Below, in pieces: positions 46,302 to 56,287 of a DNA stretch of 64,000 bases. The notes beneath the pieces were generated by a model that was given only the letters and a program-made list of their open reading frames with translations, did no database searches and was not told where the DNA came from. Source of the DNA: Candidatus Levyibacteriota bacterium (GTDB lineage: Bacteria > Patescibacteriota > Microgenomatia > Levybacterales > UBA12049); NCBI GenBank assembly GCA_043807135.1, contig JAZDGF010000003.1:8516-72515 (forward strand), in the 5' to 3' direction. Every line of letters starts with the position of its first letter. Position 1 is the first letter of the stretch. The translations under genes and the position numbers were made by a program.

Positions 46302-47285
46302 ATGCAGATAGAGCTACTGTTTATTTCTTTAATTCTAATTATTGGCATAATCTTAATTTATGGAAAAATTTCTTCTATAAACAAATCTCAGTCTGACAAA
46401 ACCCTTCTTGAGTGGCTTAAATCAATGCAAAAATCACTTGATTCTTCAGCCTCTACAATGAATAGAACACTTCAAGAAAATTCAAAACAATTAAATGAAA
46501 GGCTTGATAAAACAGCTATGACCATGAGAGACGTTGGAAGAGAAGTTGGACAAATGAGTGAAATTGGAAGAAGCATGAAAGATCTTCAGGAATTTTTAAA
46601 AAGTCCAAAACTTCGAGGAAATATCGGCGAACATGTTTTAAAAGATTTAATTTCTCAGATGTTTCCTAAAAATAACTTCTTTTTGCAATACGAATTTAAA
46701 ACAGGAGATAGAGTTGATGCAGCTATTAAAACAGACGCTGGAATTTTACCCATAGATTCAAAGTTTCCGATGGAAAATTTTCAGAAGATGACAAAGGCAG
46801 AAGGCAAACAAGAAAAAGATGCTTTTCAAAAAGAATTTGTAAGGGATATTAAAAAACATATTAGTACAATTTCTAAAAAATATATTTTGCCAAATGAAGG
46901 AACTATGGATTTTGCCTTAATGTATGTTCCAAGCGAATCTGTATATTATGAAATCGTAAATATATTAGAAATAATGGATTTTGCAAAACATGAACGTGTT
47001 TATATTGTATCTCCTTCTACTTTATACGCACATTTACAAACCATTCTGCTTTCTTTTGAAGGAAAAAAAATTGAACAAAAATCAAAGGAAATATTTATTA
47101 TGCTTAGGGGGCTTCAAGTAAATTATAACAAGGTAAACGAAAGTCTAAATGTTTTAGGAAAACATCTAAATAATGCCTCCTCTCAATTTAGTAATGTTTC
47201 AGGAGGCTTTTCAAGCATAGGGCAAAAGATAAATATTACAAGACTACTTGAAGAAAAAATAATTAAAAACAGGAAAAAAAATTAA
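46302..47285 (+). CDS. rmuC: DNA recombination protein RmuC
   Basis: N-terminal TM, coiled coil, RGNIGEHVLKDLISQMFPKNNFFLQYEF...DAAIKTDAGILPIDSKFPMENF. Confidence 0.75.
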   Translation: MQIELLFISLILIIGIILIYGKISSINKSQSDKTLLEWLKSMQKSLDSSASTMNRTLQENSKQLNERLDKTAMTMRDVGREVGQMSEIGRSMKDLQEFLKSPKLRGNIGEHVLKDLISQMFPKNNFFLQYEFKTGDRVDAAIKTDAGILPIDSKFPMENFQKMTKAEGKQEKDAFQKEFVRDIKKHISTISKKYILPNEGTMDFALMYVPSESVYYEIVNILEIMDFAKHERVYIVSPSTLYAHLQTILLSFEGKKIEQKSKEIFIMLRGLQVNYNKVNESLNVLGKHLNNASSQFSNVSGGFSSIGQKINITRLLEEKIIKNRKKN

Positions 47286-47324
47286 GTTGCATTTATTTTT
47301 AAAGAGTGCTATTGTTTTATTAAT

Positions 47325-47729
47325 ATGGATAAGAAGCTCTTATATGTAACAATTATTGTCCTACTCTTAATAGGAGCAATCTATTTTGCTATAAATAAAG
47401 GAGTTTCTTCTCCGACTAAGAAAGATTCTGGTGCAAATCTAAATACTAAATCTACAGAAATTCAAGAAGTAGTTACAGTTACAAAAAATGGTTTTGATCC
47501 AAAAGACTTAAGCGTAAAAGCAGGAACAAGAGTTATTTGGACAAATAAAAGCGGTGGTCCCGCAACTGTTAACTCGGATAATCACCCTGATCACCTACTT
47601 TTTCCTTTCTTAAATTTAGGTGAATTTGGTGATGAATCCTCTGTTCAAGTAATTTTTGATAAATCTGGAAAATATCCTTACCACAATCATTTAGCCCCAA
47701 GTCAAACTGGAACAGTAACAGTCGAGTAA
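47325..47729 (+). CDS. Membrane-anchored cupredoxin-like domain protein with no Cys ligand
   Basis: N-terminal TM, then GFDPKDLSVKAGTRVIWTNKSGGPATVNSDNHPDH...YPYHNHLAPSQTGTVTV. Cupredoxin_1-like beta-sandwich pattern with His residues but no cysteine. Confidence 0.45.
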   Translation: MDKKLLYVTIIVLLLIGAIYFAINKGVSSPTKKDSGANLNTKSTEIQEVVTVTKNGFDPKDLSVKAGTRVIWTNKSGGPATVNSDNHPDHLLFPFLNLGEFGDESSVQVIFDKSGKYPYHNHLAPSQTGTVTVE

Positions 47730-47763
47730 TTCTGTTTTTGTGATACAATTACCTCTATCTTAA

Positions 47764-50643
47764 ATGGATAAAAAGCTTAACAAACAACAGCTTACTGCAG
47801 TAACTCATGGCAGCGGACCTCTTTTGATAATCGCCGGGGCTGGAACAGGAAAAACTACTGTTATAACAGAAAGAATTAAATATTTAATTCTTGATAAGAA
47901 TACTAACCCTTCAGAAATTCTAGCACTTACCTTTACTGAAAAAGCTGCAATGGAAATGGAAGAAAGGGTAGATAAAGTAATGCCTTACGGATATACTCAG
48001 ATGTGGATTTCTACGTTTCATTCTTTTTGTGATAAAATTCTTCGTCAAGAAGCAATTCATATCGGATTAAATCCAAGTTATAAATTATTAACCGAAGCAG
48101 AAAGTATTTTACTTATAAGAAAAAATCTTTTTAAATTTAATCTTAAATATTTTAGACCACTTGGTAATCCAAATAAATTTTTAGGAGGGTTGCTGCAGCA
48201 CTTTAGTAGATTAAAAGATGAAGATGTAAGTGTTAATGAATATTTAAGGTTTTCGAAAAACTTAAAGAGGAAAAAGAAACAGGATAAGCAAGAAGTAGAA
48301 AAAACAATTGAACTTGCCAATGCATACAAAGCTTATGAGGAATTAAAAACAAAAGACGGCGTTATGGATTTTTCCGATCTTATCTCAAATACTCTTAATC
48401 TTTTTAAGAAACGGAAAAATATTCTTAAAAACTATCAGTTACAATTTAAATATATTTTAGTTGATGAGTTTCAAGACACAAATTATGCACAAAATAAACT
48501 GACAGAACTTCTTTCAGGAGAAAAAAAGAATATAACAGTCGTTGGAGATGATGATCAATCAATTTACCGTTTTAGAGGAAGCTCCATTTCAAACATCATT
48601 CAATTTAAAGAAAAATTTCCTAAAACAAAAATCGTAACACTTACAAAAAACTATAGATCTACAAAAGAAATCCTTGATAGAGCTTACAATTTAATTCAAT
48701 TCAATAATCCAGATCGACTTGAAGCAAAAGAAAAAATTAACAAAAAATTGAAATCAGCAAGAAATATTTCGGGAGAAAATATAAGTTTTAGTTTTTCAGA
48801 CAGAGCAGAAGATGAAGCAGATTCAGTTGCTGAAAAAATTAATAAGCTAACACAAAATAATACGTTCCAATTTAAAGATATTGCAATTTTAGTTAGAGCA
48901 AACAATCATGCCCAAGCATTTATAAGAGCATTTGAAAGAAAAAGAATCCCTTTTCAATTTTTAGGCCCGGGAAAATTGTTTCAGCGTGAAGAAATAAAAA
49001 ATTTAGTTTCCTACTTAAAGATTCTTTATAATTTTGAAGATTCAATCTCCCTTTATAGAGTTTTAACTATGTCTATTTTTAAACTGAATGCAATAGAAAT
49101 TGCATCTCTGTTAAACCTTTCGAAAAGAAAAAACTATTCACTTTTTGAAACTTTAGAAAAAGTAGATGAATCTTTTCTAAGCCAACAAACAAAAGAAAAG
49201 ATAAAAAATATTAGTAAAATGATAAAAAAACACTTGAAGCTCGTTCCTAAAGAATCAGCTGGACAAATTCTTTTTTATTTTTTGCAAGACAGTGGTTTTT
49301 TAAAAGAAATAATAAACCCAAAAACAGAAAAAGATGAATTAGCCGCAAAAAATATGGCAAAGTTTTTTGATAAACTAAAAACCTATGAAACAGAACGTGA
49401 GACAGCAACTGTTTTTGAAGTTGTTGATTGGATTGATCTTTCAATGCAAGTTGGAGAGAGCCCTTTAAGCACAGACTTTGATTGGACTGAAAATAACGCC
49501 GTTAATATTTTATCTATTCATTCAAGTAAGGGTCTTGAATTTCCAGTTGTATTTTTAGTTAATCTTGTTTCAGAACGTTTTCCCACAAGACAAAGAAAAG
49601 AAATAATTCCTATTCCTTCCGAATTTATTAAAGAAATTTTACCGAGTGGTGATTTTCATATAGGAGAAGAGCGAAGACTTTTCTATGTTGGAATGACTAG
49701 AGCAAGAGACTTATTATTTATGACCGCATCAAAATATTACAGTGAGGGAAAAAGAGAAAGAAAAGTATCTCCTTTTGTATATGAATCACTAGGGGAAAAA
49801 AACATAATCAAAATACTTGAAAAGGATAATTCTAAAGATAATCGTCAATTATCCTTATTAAACTGGGAACAAACTGCTCAAATTGACATACCAGTTAGTT
49901 CAAATATTTCTATAAATTATCTTTCTTATTCTCAAATTCAAACTTTTGATATCTGTCCTCTTCATTATAAATTAAAATATATTTTAAAAATTCCTACCCC
50001 TCAAACCTCTGCACAAAGTTTTGGAACAAGTGTTCATACAAGTCTTAGAGATTTTTATCAAAGCTGGATTGCGGGACAAAAGATAGCTAAGAGAGATATT
50101 GAAAGTTTAATTAAAAAAAACTGGATAAATGAAGGTTATCAAAGTAAAGAGCATGAAGCAAAAACATTTAAAAAAGCAAAACAAATAATTCTTAGCTATT
50201 TGGAGAAAAATTTTGATGAAAAAAAACTTCCGATTAAACTTGAATATCCTTTTAACTTTATGATTAAAAATTTAAAAATTGGAGGGAGAATAGATAGAAT
50301 AGACTTGTTAAAAGATAACAAAATTGAAATTATTGACTACAAAACTGGAACTAATATTCCTGACGAAAAATTTTTAGCAAAAAATATGCAGCTTGCTGTA
50401 TATGCACTAGCAATAACAGAGCTTAGAGATAAAATACTTTATAAAAAACCTGAAGATATTATTCTATCTTTTTATTATCTTGAAGAAGGAAAAAAAATAA
50501 GTACTATAAGAACTAAAGAGCAGCTAGAAGAGACTAAGGAAAAAATTCTGGAGAAATCAAAACAAATTGCAAATAGCGATTTTGTCTGCAGTAAAAACAG
50601 GCTCTGCTTAACCTGCGAATACAAGATTCTTTGCTCAGCATAA
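47764..50643 (+). CDS. UvrD/PcrA-like superfamily-1 helicase fused to a C-terminal PD-(D/E)xK nuclease with a Cys cluster
   Basis: Walker A AGAGTGKTT, DEFQDTN, a second RecA-like domain, then a nuclease region with CPLHYKLKY...IDYKTG and terminal C-x5-C-x2-C (CSKNRLCLTCEYKILC). Confidence 0.7.
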   Translation: MDKKLNKQQLTAVTHGSGPLLIIAGAGTGKTTVITERIKYLILDKNTNPSEILALTFTEKAAMEMEERVDKVMPYGYTQMWISTFHSFCDKILRQEAIHIGLNPSYKLLTEAESILLIRKNLFKFNLKYFRPLGNPNKFLGGLLQHFSRLKDEDVSVNEYLRFSKNLKRKKKQDKQEVEKTIELANAYKAYEELKTKDGVMDFSDLISNTLNLFKKRKNILKNYQLQFKYILVDEFQDTNYAQNKLTELLSGEKKNITVVGDDDQSIYRFRGSSISNIIQFKEKFPKTKIVTLTKNYRSTKEILDRAYNLIQFNNPDRLEAKEKINKKLKSARNISGENISFSFSDRAEDEADSVAEKINKLTQNNTFQFKDIAILVRANNHAQAFIRAFERKRIPFQFLGPGKLFQREEIKNLVSYLKILYNFEDSISLYRVLTMSIFKLNAIEIASLLNLSKRKNYSLFETLEKVDESFLSQQTKEKIKNISKMIKKHLKLVPKESAGQILFYFLQDSGFLKEIINPKTEKDELAAKNMAKFFDKLKTYETERETATVFEVVDWIDLSMQVGESPLSTDFDWTENNAVNILSIHSSKGLEFPVVFLVNLVSERFPTRQRKEIIPIPSEFIKEILPSGDFHIGEERRLFYVGMTRARDLLFMTASKYYSEGKRERKVSPFVYESLGEKNIIKILEKDNSKDNRQLSLLNWEQTAQIDIPVSSNISINYLSYSQIQTFDICPLHYKLKYILKIPTPQTSAQSFGTSVHTSLRDFYQSWIAGQKIAKRDIESLIKKNWINEGYQSKEHEAKTFKKAKQIILSYLEKNFDEKKLPIKLEYPFNFMIKNLKIGGRIDRIDLLKDNKIEIIDYKTGTNIPDEKFLAKNMQLAVYALAITELRDKILYKKPEDIILSFYYLEEGKKISTIRTKEQLEETKEKILEKSKQIANSDFVCSKNRLCLTCEYKILCSA

Positions 50644-50655
50644 AGAGCCTCTAGT

Positions 50656-50684
50656 TTTACATTTAGATCATTACTTGATATAAT
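50656..50684 (+). promoter_or_regulatory. Sigma-70-type promoter of rnpB
   Basis: TTTACA (50656-50661), 17-nt spacer, TATAAT (50679-50684). Predicted +1 ~7 nt later coincides with the start of the RNase P RNA P1 helix at 50692. Confidence 0.6.
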
Positions 50685-50691
50685 TAACGTT

Positions 50692-51049
50692 GGATTCTAG
50701 GAAGTAGGTTGCTAGTCCCGATTTATTCGGGACAGGAAAGTCCAGACAGGTGTAAAGCCGGGGACGGAACGTAAGTTCCGACTAGTAATATCTGGTACCT
50801 AAGATTTTTATCCACGTGTGGATCTTAGGACAGGTTTTGAATTAACAAAATCTGAGAGCAACAGAGACGAGTGGATGTGAAACGGGCAATCCCACCTGCT
50901 GCAACCTCCGAATGATGCGTTATTACTTGCTTTACAGGAGCATCAAAGCTTGAGGGCATCTCGTTAATTCGAGACAGAAGTGATGAAACATCACAGCTGA
51001 GATAGATTGCAACTAAAACAGAATCTGGCTTATTCACTTCCTGGAATCC
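50692..51049 (+). ncRNA. rnpB: RNase P RNA (bacterial)
   Basis: P4 halves AGGAAAGUCCAGAC (near 50736) and ACAGAAUCUGGCUUAU (near 51020). P1 helix GGAUUCUAGGAAGU / ACUUCCUGGAAUCC pairs the ends. Followed by a T-run. The predicted ORF 50825..51037 (-) overlaps it and is spurious. Confidence 0.8.
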
Positions 51050-51321
51050 TTTTTATTTACCCCTAGGAATTTTCATACCCCCTACAATAAAACAACTAGG
51101 ATAAGACCTCTCATAAAAGACAAGTTAAAAATATTTAAGGAGTGCGAGAAGATTTTGATTTACGATAAAAAAATTAATGAGTTAAAAACGTAAGCAAGAA
51201 TTACACAGTATAAATGAAGTTAAAATTATCCTATCTATACACAAAACTTAGAAAACAATCATTTAAGAACGATAATGAAAGTCGTTTTTAGCCCAAGCGT
51301 TATAAAAATATTAAATAAGAA

Positions 51322-51594
51322 TTATTTTACGGCTTTTTTTAAGGTCTTGCCTGGCGTAAAACCAGGAGCATTTCTAGCACCGATTGTAATTTTTTCTCCT
51401 GTTTTTGGGTTTCTTCCCGGTCTTTGAGCTCTTTTTCTAACACTGAAAGTCCCAAAACCAGTAATTACAACTTTTTCTCCTGTTTTAAGTGAATCTCTAA
51501 TTCCGTTTAAAAAATGTGTAACAGCTTCTCTTGATGCTTTATTGGTAAGATTTGCTTTTTTTGCAACTAATGCAATTAAGTCATTTTTTGTCAA
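51322..51594 (-). CDS. hup: DNA-binding protein HU
   Basis: MTKNDLIALVAKKANLTNKASREAV...GFGTFSVRKRAQRPGRNPKTGEKITI. SD AGGAGGTGAT upstream. Confidence 0.9.
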   Translation of the reverse strand: MTKNDLIALVAKKANLTNKASREAVTHFLNGIRDSLKTGEKVVITGFGTFSVRKRAQRPGRNPKTGEKITIGARNAPGFTPGKTLKKAVK

Positions 51595-51760
51595 ATTTCA
51601 TCACCTCCTTTATTTGTTTTAAATTATTTTTATAATCCCTTTCAATTTATTTATAAAATAAATTTGGGCATGTATTAACTAGTAAATAAGATTAGGTCTA
51701 AAATACAATGAAAACGAACACTTTGTCAAGACCTGATTTTATTAAACTAAATGAAGATTA

Positions 51761-53017
51761 TTAAGATTGAGAAGAAACTGCTCTAAATTCTCTAATTACA
51801 GTTACTTTTACATCGCCTGGAACTGCTAATGCACTGCTTATTTCATCTCTAATTTTAGATGCTAAAACGGTTGTCTGTGCATCATCCAATCTTCCCGGAT
51901 CAATAATTACTCTTAATTCTCTTCCTGCTTCAAATGCGTATGCATCTTGAACTCCTTCATATTTTTTTGCCATTTCTTCCATTTCTGTAAGACGTATTGC
52001 ATATTCTTCAACATCTTCATATCTTGCTCCAGGACGTGCTCCAGAAATAGCATCGGCAATATAAACAATAACTGACTCCATAGAGGAAAAGGGCTTATCT
52101 TCATGATGTTCTAAAACAGAATTAATAACAGGTTCTGGCATATTGTATCTCTTTAAAAGCTCTGCTCCTAATTTAACGTGATTTCCTTCTCCTTCTACAA
52201 CTTTGCCTACATCGTGAAGAAGACATCCAAGTCTTACAATATTTGCATCTGCACCAACTTCTTGGGCTATATGAACACCAATTTTAGTTTCTTCTAATGT
52301 ATGAACAATTAAATTTTGGCCATAAGAAGTTCTAAATTTAAATCTTCCCAAAATTGATAACAAATCTTTCGATAGATTAAAAACACCAGCTTCATGAGAA
52401 AGTTTTTCTCCCTCATCAAACATTACTTTTTCTACTTCTTTTTTAGTTTGCTCAACAATTTCCTCAATTCTAAACGGTTGAATTCTGGTGTCCTTAATAA
52501 GTTTATCAAGAGACCTTCTAGCAATTTCTCTTCTCACTTGATCAAAACTTGAAAGTCTAATTATTCCTTCTTCATCAAGATCAACATCTACTCCAGTTGC
52601 CTGTTCAAATGCACGGATGTTTCTTCCTTCTTTTCCAATGATTCTTCCTTTAATATCTTCATCGGAAATTTTTACAGTAGAAACAGTAAATTCGGCAATG
52701 TAGTTAAGTGCACCATGTCGCATGCTGTCAACCAATATTTCCTGTGCTTTTTTATCTGCAGTTTTTTTAGCAAATTCTTCTTTTTCTTTAATTATTTTTG
52801 CAATTGCCTGGGATTCTTTTTCCTCTGTTTGTAAGAGCAGTTCCTTTTTTGCTTCATCAGCGGTTAGACCAGAGGTCTTAGAAAGTTTTTCTCTGTACTC
52901 ATCTTTTAGGTTTTTTAGCTCTTCTTTTTCTTTTTCGAGCTTTTCTTTTTCCTTATCAAGTCTTTCTTCTTTTTCGAGAAGTTTTTCTTCCAATTTAATT
53001 AAATCTTGATTTTGCAT
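51761..53017 (-). CDS. rny: Ribonuclease Y
   Basis: KH domain GRIIGKEGRNIRAFEQATGV. HD domain LLHDVGK. N-terminal coiled coil. No N-terminal TM visible in this ORF. Confidence 0.8.
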   Translation of the reverse strand: MQNQDLIKLEEKLLEKEERLDKEKEKLEKEKEELKNLKDEYREKLSKTSGLTADEAKKELLLQTEEKESQAIAKIIKEKEEFAKKTADKKAQEILVDSMRHGALNYIAEFTVSTVKISDEDIKGRIIGKEGRNIRAFEQATGVDVDLDEEGIIRLSSFDQVRREIARRSLDKLIKDTRIQPFRIEEIVEQTKKEVEKVMFDEGEKLSHEAGVFNLSKDLLSILGRFKFRTSYGQNLIVHTLEETKIGVHIAQEVGADANIVRLGCLLHDVGKVVEGEGNHVKLGAELLKRYNMPEPVINSVLEHHEDKPFSSMESVIVYIADAISGARPGARYEDVEEYAIRLTEMEEMAKKYEGVQDAYAFEAGRELRVIIDPGRLDDAQTTVLASKIRDEISSALAVPGDVKVTVIREFRAVSSQS

Positions 53018-53157
53018 AAAATATTATAAACGGGGCAATAGAAAAGACAGAACTTATTTAAAAGATCTGTGGATGTCAAAAGAGAATTTGCAAATTAAAT
53101 TTTTCATATTTCTCTGACAATTTCTATCTGCCTTTTAAATTATACTATTTAGCTTAG

Positions 53158-53646
53158 TCAATCGTCAACTAATACTTTTTTTATCGTTTCCCACTTAAAC
53201 CCTTTAGAAGCTAAAAATCTTACCATCTTTTGATAAGCATCTTTTTCTGAAAACCCTTTATATCTATTAATTCTCTTGCTAACAAGTCTTTTTGCTAGCT
53301 CTAAGTCATTTTGAATTTTAAACTCCAAAGCTTGAATTATCGGATCTGAAACTTCTTGCGATATTCCTTTTCTAGCAAGCTCTAATTTAATAATTCTCCA
53401 CGCTCTTGGCCTAATTTTTATTCTTTGCTCGATCCACCATTTAGTAAATTCTTTATCATCTAAAAATCTCTGTTTTTTAAGTTTAAAAACAATTTTTTCA
53501 AGCATCTTTTTTGATATTTTACTTTTTGCTAAACCAAATCTTGTTCTGCGAGGTTTTGTAAAATAATCTCTTAATTCTTTTTCTGACCTGGGACGAAAAG
53601 ATAAAAACCGAAGAGCTTTGTTGTAAAATCTTTCAAAAGATTCCAT
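53158..53646 (-). CDS. recX: Regulatory protein RecX
   Basis: 162 aa helical repeat protein (ALRFLSFRPRSEKELRDYF...) immediately downstream of recA. Confidence 0.75.
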   Translation of the reverse strand: MESFERFYNKALRFLSFRPRSEKELRDYFTKPRRTRFGLAKSKISKKMLEKIVFKLKKQRFLDDKEFTKWWIEQRIKIRPRAWRIIKLELARKGISQEVSDPIIQALEFKIQNDLELAKRLVSKRINRYKGFSEKDAYQKMVRFLASKGFKWETIKKVLVDD

Positions 53647-53658
53647 TTTGTAATTAAT

Positions 53659-54729
53659 TTATGCTTTTTCTTCAACCCCAACTTCTACAGGAGTACCTGA
53701 GGTTTTTGTTTTACTCATTATTTCATTTACAATTTTTTTACTTACATCACTATGTTCTTTTAGAAAAGAGGCTGCCGCTTGTTTTCCTTGACCAAGTATT
53801 AGTTCTCCATATCTATAGAAAGCGCCTGATTTATTAATAACTCCCATATCAACACCAACGTCCATAACTCCTCCTTCACGGGAAATACCACCAGATCCAA
53901 CGTCAAATTCGGCAATTCTAAATGGAACAGAAACTTTGTTTTTAACAATTTTTACCCTATGCCTTGAACCAATTACTTTATCACCATCTTTAATAGTTTC
54001 AATTTTTCTAACATCCATTCTTATTGAAGAATAAAACTTAAGCGCAAGGCCTCCGGTTGTTGTTTCAGGATTACCAAACATAATCCCTATTTTTTGTCTT
54101 AACTGATTAGTAAAAATAGCAACTGTTTTTGATTTGGAAATTACACCGGTTAATTTTCTTAGTGCTTGAGACATAAGCCTTGCTTGAAGCCCCATCATAG
54201 AATCTCCCATTTCTCCTTCAATTTCTGCTCTTGGAACTAAGGCTGCAACAGAATCGATTACCAAAACATCTACTCCTCCTGATCTGATTAAACTTTCTGC
54301 TATTTCTAGTGCCTGTTCTCCTGTATCAGGCTGGGATATGAGAAGTTCGTCTAACTTTACTCCAATCTGTTTTGCCCAGATTGGATCAAGTGCGTGTTCT
54401 GCATCAATAAAAGCTGCCACACCTCCATGTTTTTGAGCTTGAGCGATGATTGATAAACAGACTGTAGTCTTTCCGGAAGCTTCTGGACCATAAATTTCAA
54501 CAATTCTTCCTCTTGGCACTCCCCCTACCCCAAGCGCTAAATCCAAGGGAAAACAACCTGTAGAAATAACTGAAATATCAAATCTTTGACCTCCTTCACC
54601 AAAGCGCATAATAGCGCCTCTGCCGTATTGTTTTACAATTTGTTCCATTGCAAGCTTTACTGCTTCCAATTTGTTTGAAGATTGAGCCTGTTCATTTGGT
54701 TTTGCCTTAGTTGACGATGATTTTGCCAT
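53659..54729 (-). CDS. recA: Recombinase RecA
   Basis: [16 protein letters not shown], loop regions, 356 aa. Confidence 0.95.
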   Translation of the reverse strand: MAKSSSTKAKPNEQAQSSNKLEAVKLAMEQIVKQYGRGAIMRFGEGGQRFDISVISTGCFPLDLALGVGGVPRGRIVEIYGPEASGKTTVCLSIIAQAQKHGGVAAFIDAEHALDPIWAKQIGVKLDELLISQPDTGEQALEIAESLIRSGGVDVLVIDSVAALVPRAEIEGEMGDSMMGLQARLMSQALRKLTGVISKSKTVAIFTNQLRQKIGIMFGNPETTTGGLALKFYSSIRMDVRKIETIKDGDKVIGSRHRVKIVKNKVSVPFRIAEFDVGSGGISREGGVMDVGVDMGVINKSGAFYRYGELILGQGKQAAASFLKEHSDVSKKIVNEIMSKTKTSGTPVEVGVEEKA

Positions 54730-54794
54730 GCCCCAATTTTATCAATCTTGTGATAAAATACAATAGATCATTCTAGGTCAATTCTTATTTTTTT

Positions 54795-54868
54795 CGGGGT
54801 GTAGTTTAACGGTAGAATACGCGGCTGGGGGCCGTGTGGCTGGAGTTCGACTCTCCGCACCCCGACCA
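54795..54868 (+). tRNA. tRNA-Pro (anticodon GGG), CCA encoded
   Basis: Acceptor CGGGGTG/CACCCCG, U8A9, D-arm with GG, anticodon stem CGCGG/CCGTG, loop CTGGGGG, T-arm TGGAG-TTCGACT-CTCCG, discriminator A, CCA. Folded by hand. Confidence 0.7.
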
Positions 54869-54946
54869 AGTTAAGCTTTTTTCCTTTTATAAAAACAAGT
54901 GTTTTAGCCTTGCTTTACAGTTTAAATTCACTTATAATACGATTTT

Positions 54947-55780
54947 ATGACAGAAAGAGTTTCAAGATGTAGACGATTTGAACATTTTCCCAGACTAGAG
55001 GGATTATCGAATGAATTATTTCCAAGTCATCTTGCAATAATTCCGGATGGGAATAGAAGATGGGCAAAAACACATAAGCTAAGTGCACTTAAAGGGCATG
55101 ATAACGGTCGTAGAAAAGTTTCAGAGCTAACTAGACATTTAAAAGAGCTCCCCATCAACATACTTACATTTTGGGCTTTCTCATCAGATAATTGGCATCG
55201 AGACCCTAGAGAGGTAGAAGGATTAATGAAAATAATAAATGCAGGATTAATGGAAAATCGAGATGAATTAATTAACGATAATTCAAGATTTATTCATGTA
55301 GGAAGAAAAGATCGAATACCTGAAGACCTTAGGCAAACTTTAGAAGATTTAGAAGAAGATAGTAGAGCGAACAGCGGAAGAATAATTGTCATGGCTATAG
55401 ATTTTGGAGGAGTAGATCAGTCTGTTCGCATGCTCCAAGATTATATGGAAACTGCAGTTAGGGAATTTTCAGAACAACAAGATTCTGATCTCAATGGAGA
55501 ATCTAGTCTTCCATTAAAAGCTGATATTTTTGTTGCTAAAAAAAGAAACGAATTGACTACGGAAAATATTAAAGAATTATACGACGGACAAGGATTAATT
55601 AGTCCCGCAGACCTTTTAATAAGAACTTCCGGAGAACTAAGAACCTCTGATGTTGGTTGGCTAAACGGAAAAAATACAGAACTTTATTTTACAGACACGC
55701 ACTTCCCTGAAATAACCGATAGGAATATAGAAGATGGAATTCTAGATTTTTCTAGAAGAAAAAGAAGAATGGGCAAATAA
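54947..55780 (+). CDS. uppS: Undecaprenyl-diphosphate synthase (cis-prenyltransferase) with an internal insertion
   Basis: HLAIIPDGNRRWA, FSSDNWHRD, then a ~45-aa acidic insertion (EFSEQQDSDLNGESSLPLK...) before the C-terminal RTSGELRTSD region. Confidence 0.75.
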   Translation: MTERVSRCRRFEHFPRLEGLSNELFPSHLAIIPDGNRRWAKTHKLSALKGHDNGRRKVSELTRHLKELPINILTFWAFSSDNWHRDPREVEGLMKIINAGLMENRDELINDNSRFIHVGRKDRIPEDLRQTLEDLEEDSRANSGRIIVMAIDFGGVDQSVRMLQDYMETAVREFSEQQDSDLNGESSLPLKADIFVAKKRNELTTENIKELYDGQGLISPADLLIRTSGELRTSDVGWLNGKNTELYFTDTHFPEITDRNIEDGILDFSRRKRRMGK

Positions 55781-55829
55781 AATACCTCTTTGTAAATTTT
55801 TATTCGTAGTTATACAAATTAAAAAAATC

Positions 55830-56285
55830 TTATCTTTTCGGAGATTGCTTTTTGCGTCTTGATTTTCCACCCATTCCGACATTTCTTCGCTGTCTTGCTC
55901 TTGGATCACGTGTTAATAATCCTTTTTTCTTTAATATCTGCCTATTCTTATCATCAATTAAGGAAAGAGCTCTTGAAATACCATGAACTACAGCATCAAG
56001 TTGTCCTTTTGGTCCACCACCAACCACTCTTATTGTAATTACATATTTACCTAATGTATTAGTTGCTTTTAAAGGCTCCGAATAGATAGCTAAAAATACT
56101 GCTCCACTAAAATAATCTTCAATTTTTTTGTTATTTACAAAAATATCTCCTTTTTTAGCTTTTTCCCCTGCAACAACAAGATCAACTTTAATACTTGCAT
56201 AAACTCTTATTCTTGCAACTGACGTTCTTCTTCTACCAACTGCAAAAACAAATCCCTTTTTATTATCTTTATCTAATTCTGCCAT
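55830..56285 (-). CDS. rpsI: 30S ribosomal protein S9
   Basis: GRRRTSVARIRV...GGGPKGQLDAVVHGISRAL...C-terminal RRKKQSPKR. Confidence 0.9.
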   Translation of the reverse strand: MAELDKDNKKGFVFAVGRRRTSVARIRVYASIKVDLVVAGEKAKKGDIFVNNKKIEDYFSGAVFLAIYSEPLKATNTLGKYVITIRVVGGGPKGQLDAVVHGISRALSLIDDKNRQILKKKGLLTRDPRARQRRNVGMGGKSRRKKQSPKR

Positions 56286-56287
56286 AA

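Noticed and set aside
50825-51037. 70-aa minus-strand ORF
   Set aside because: It lies entirely inside the RNase P RNA gene and has no SD.
51240-51400. About 52-aa + strand ORF (MKVVFSPSVIKILNKNYF...) between rnpB and hup
   Set aside because: No SD, overlaps hup antisense, hydrophobic low-complexity sequence. Likely non-coding.
52722-53009. 95-aa + strand Ser/Phe-rich ORF
   Set aside because: Antisense to the Lys/Glu-rich coiled coil of RNase Y. Compositional artefact.
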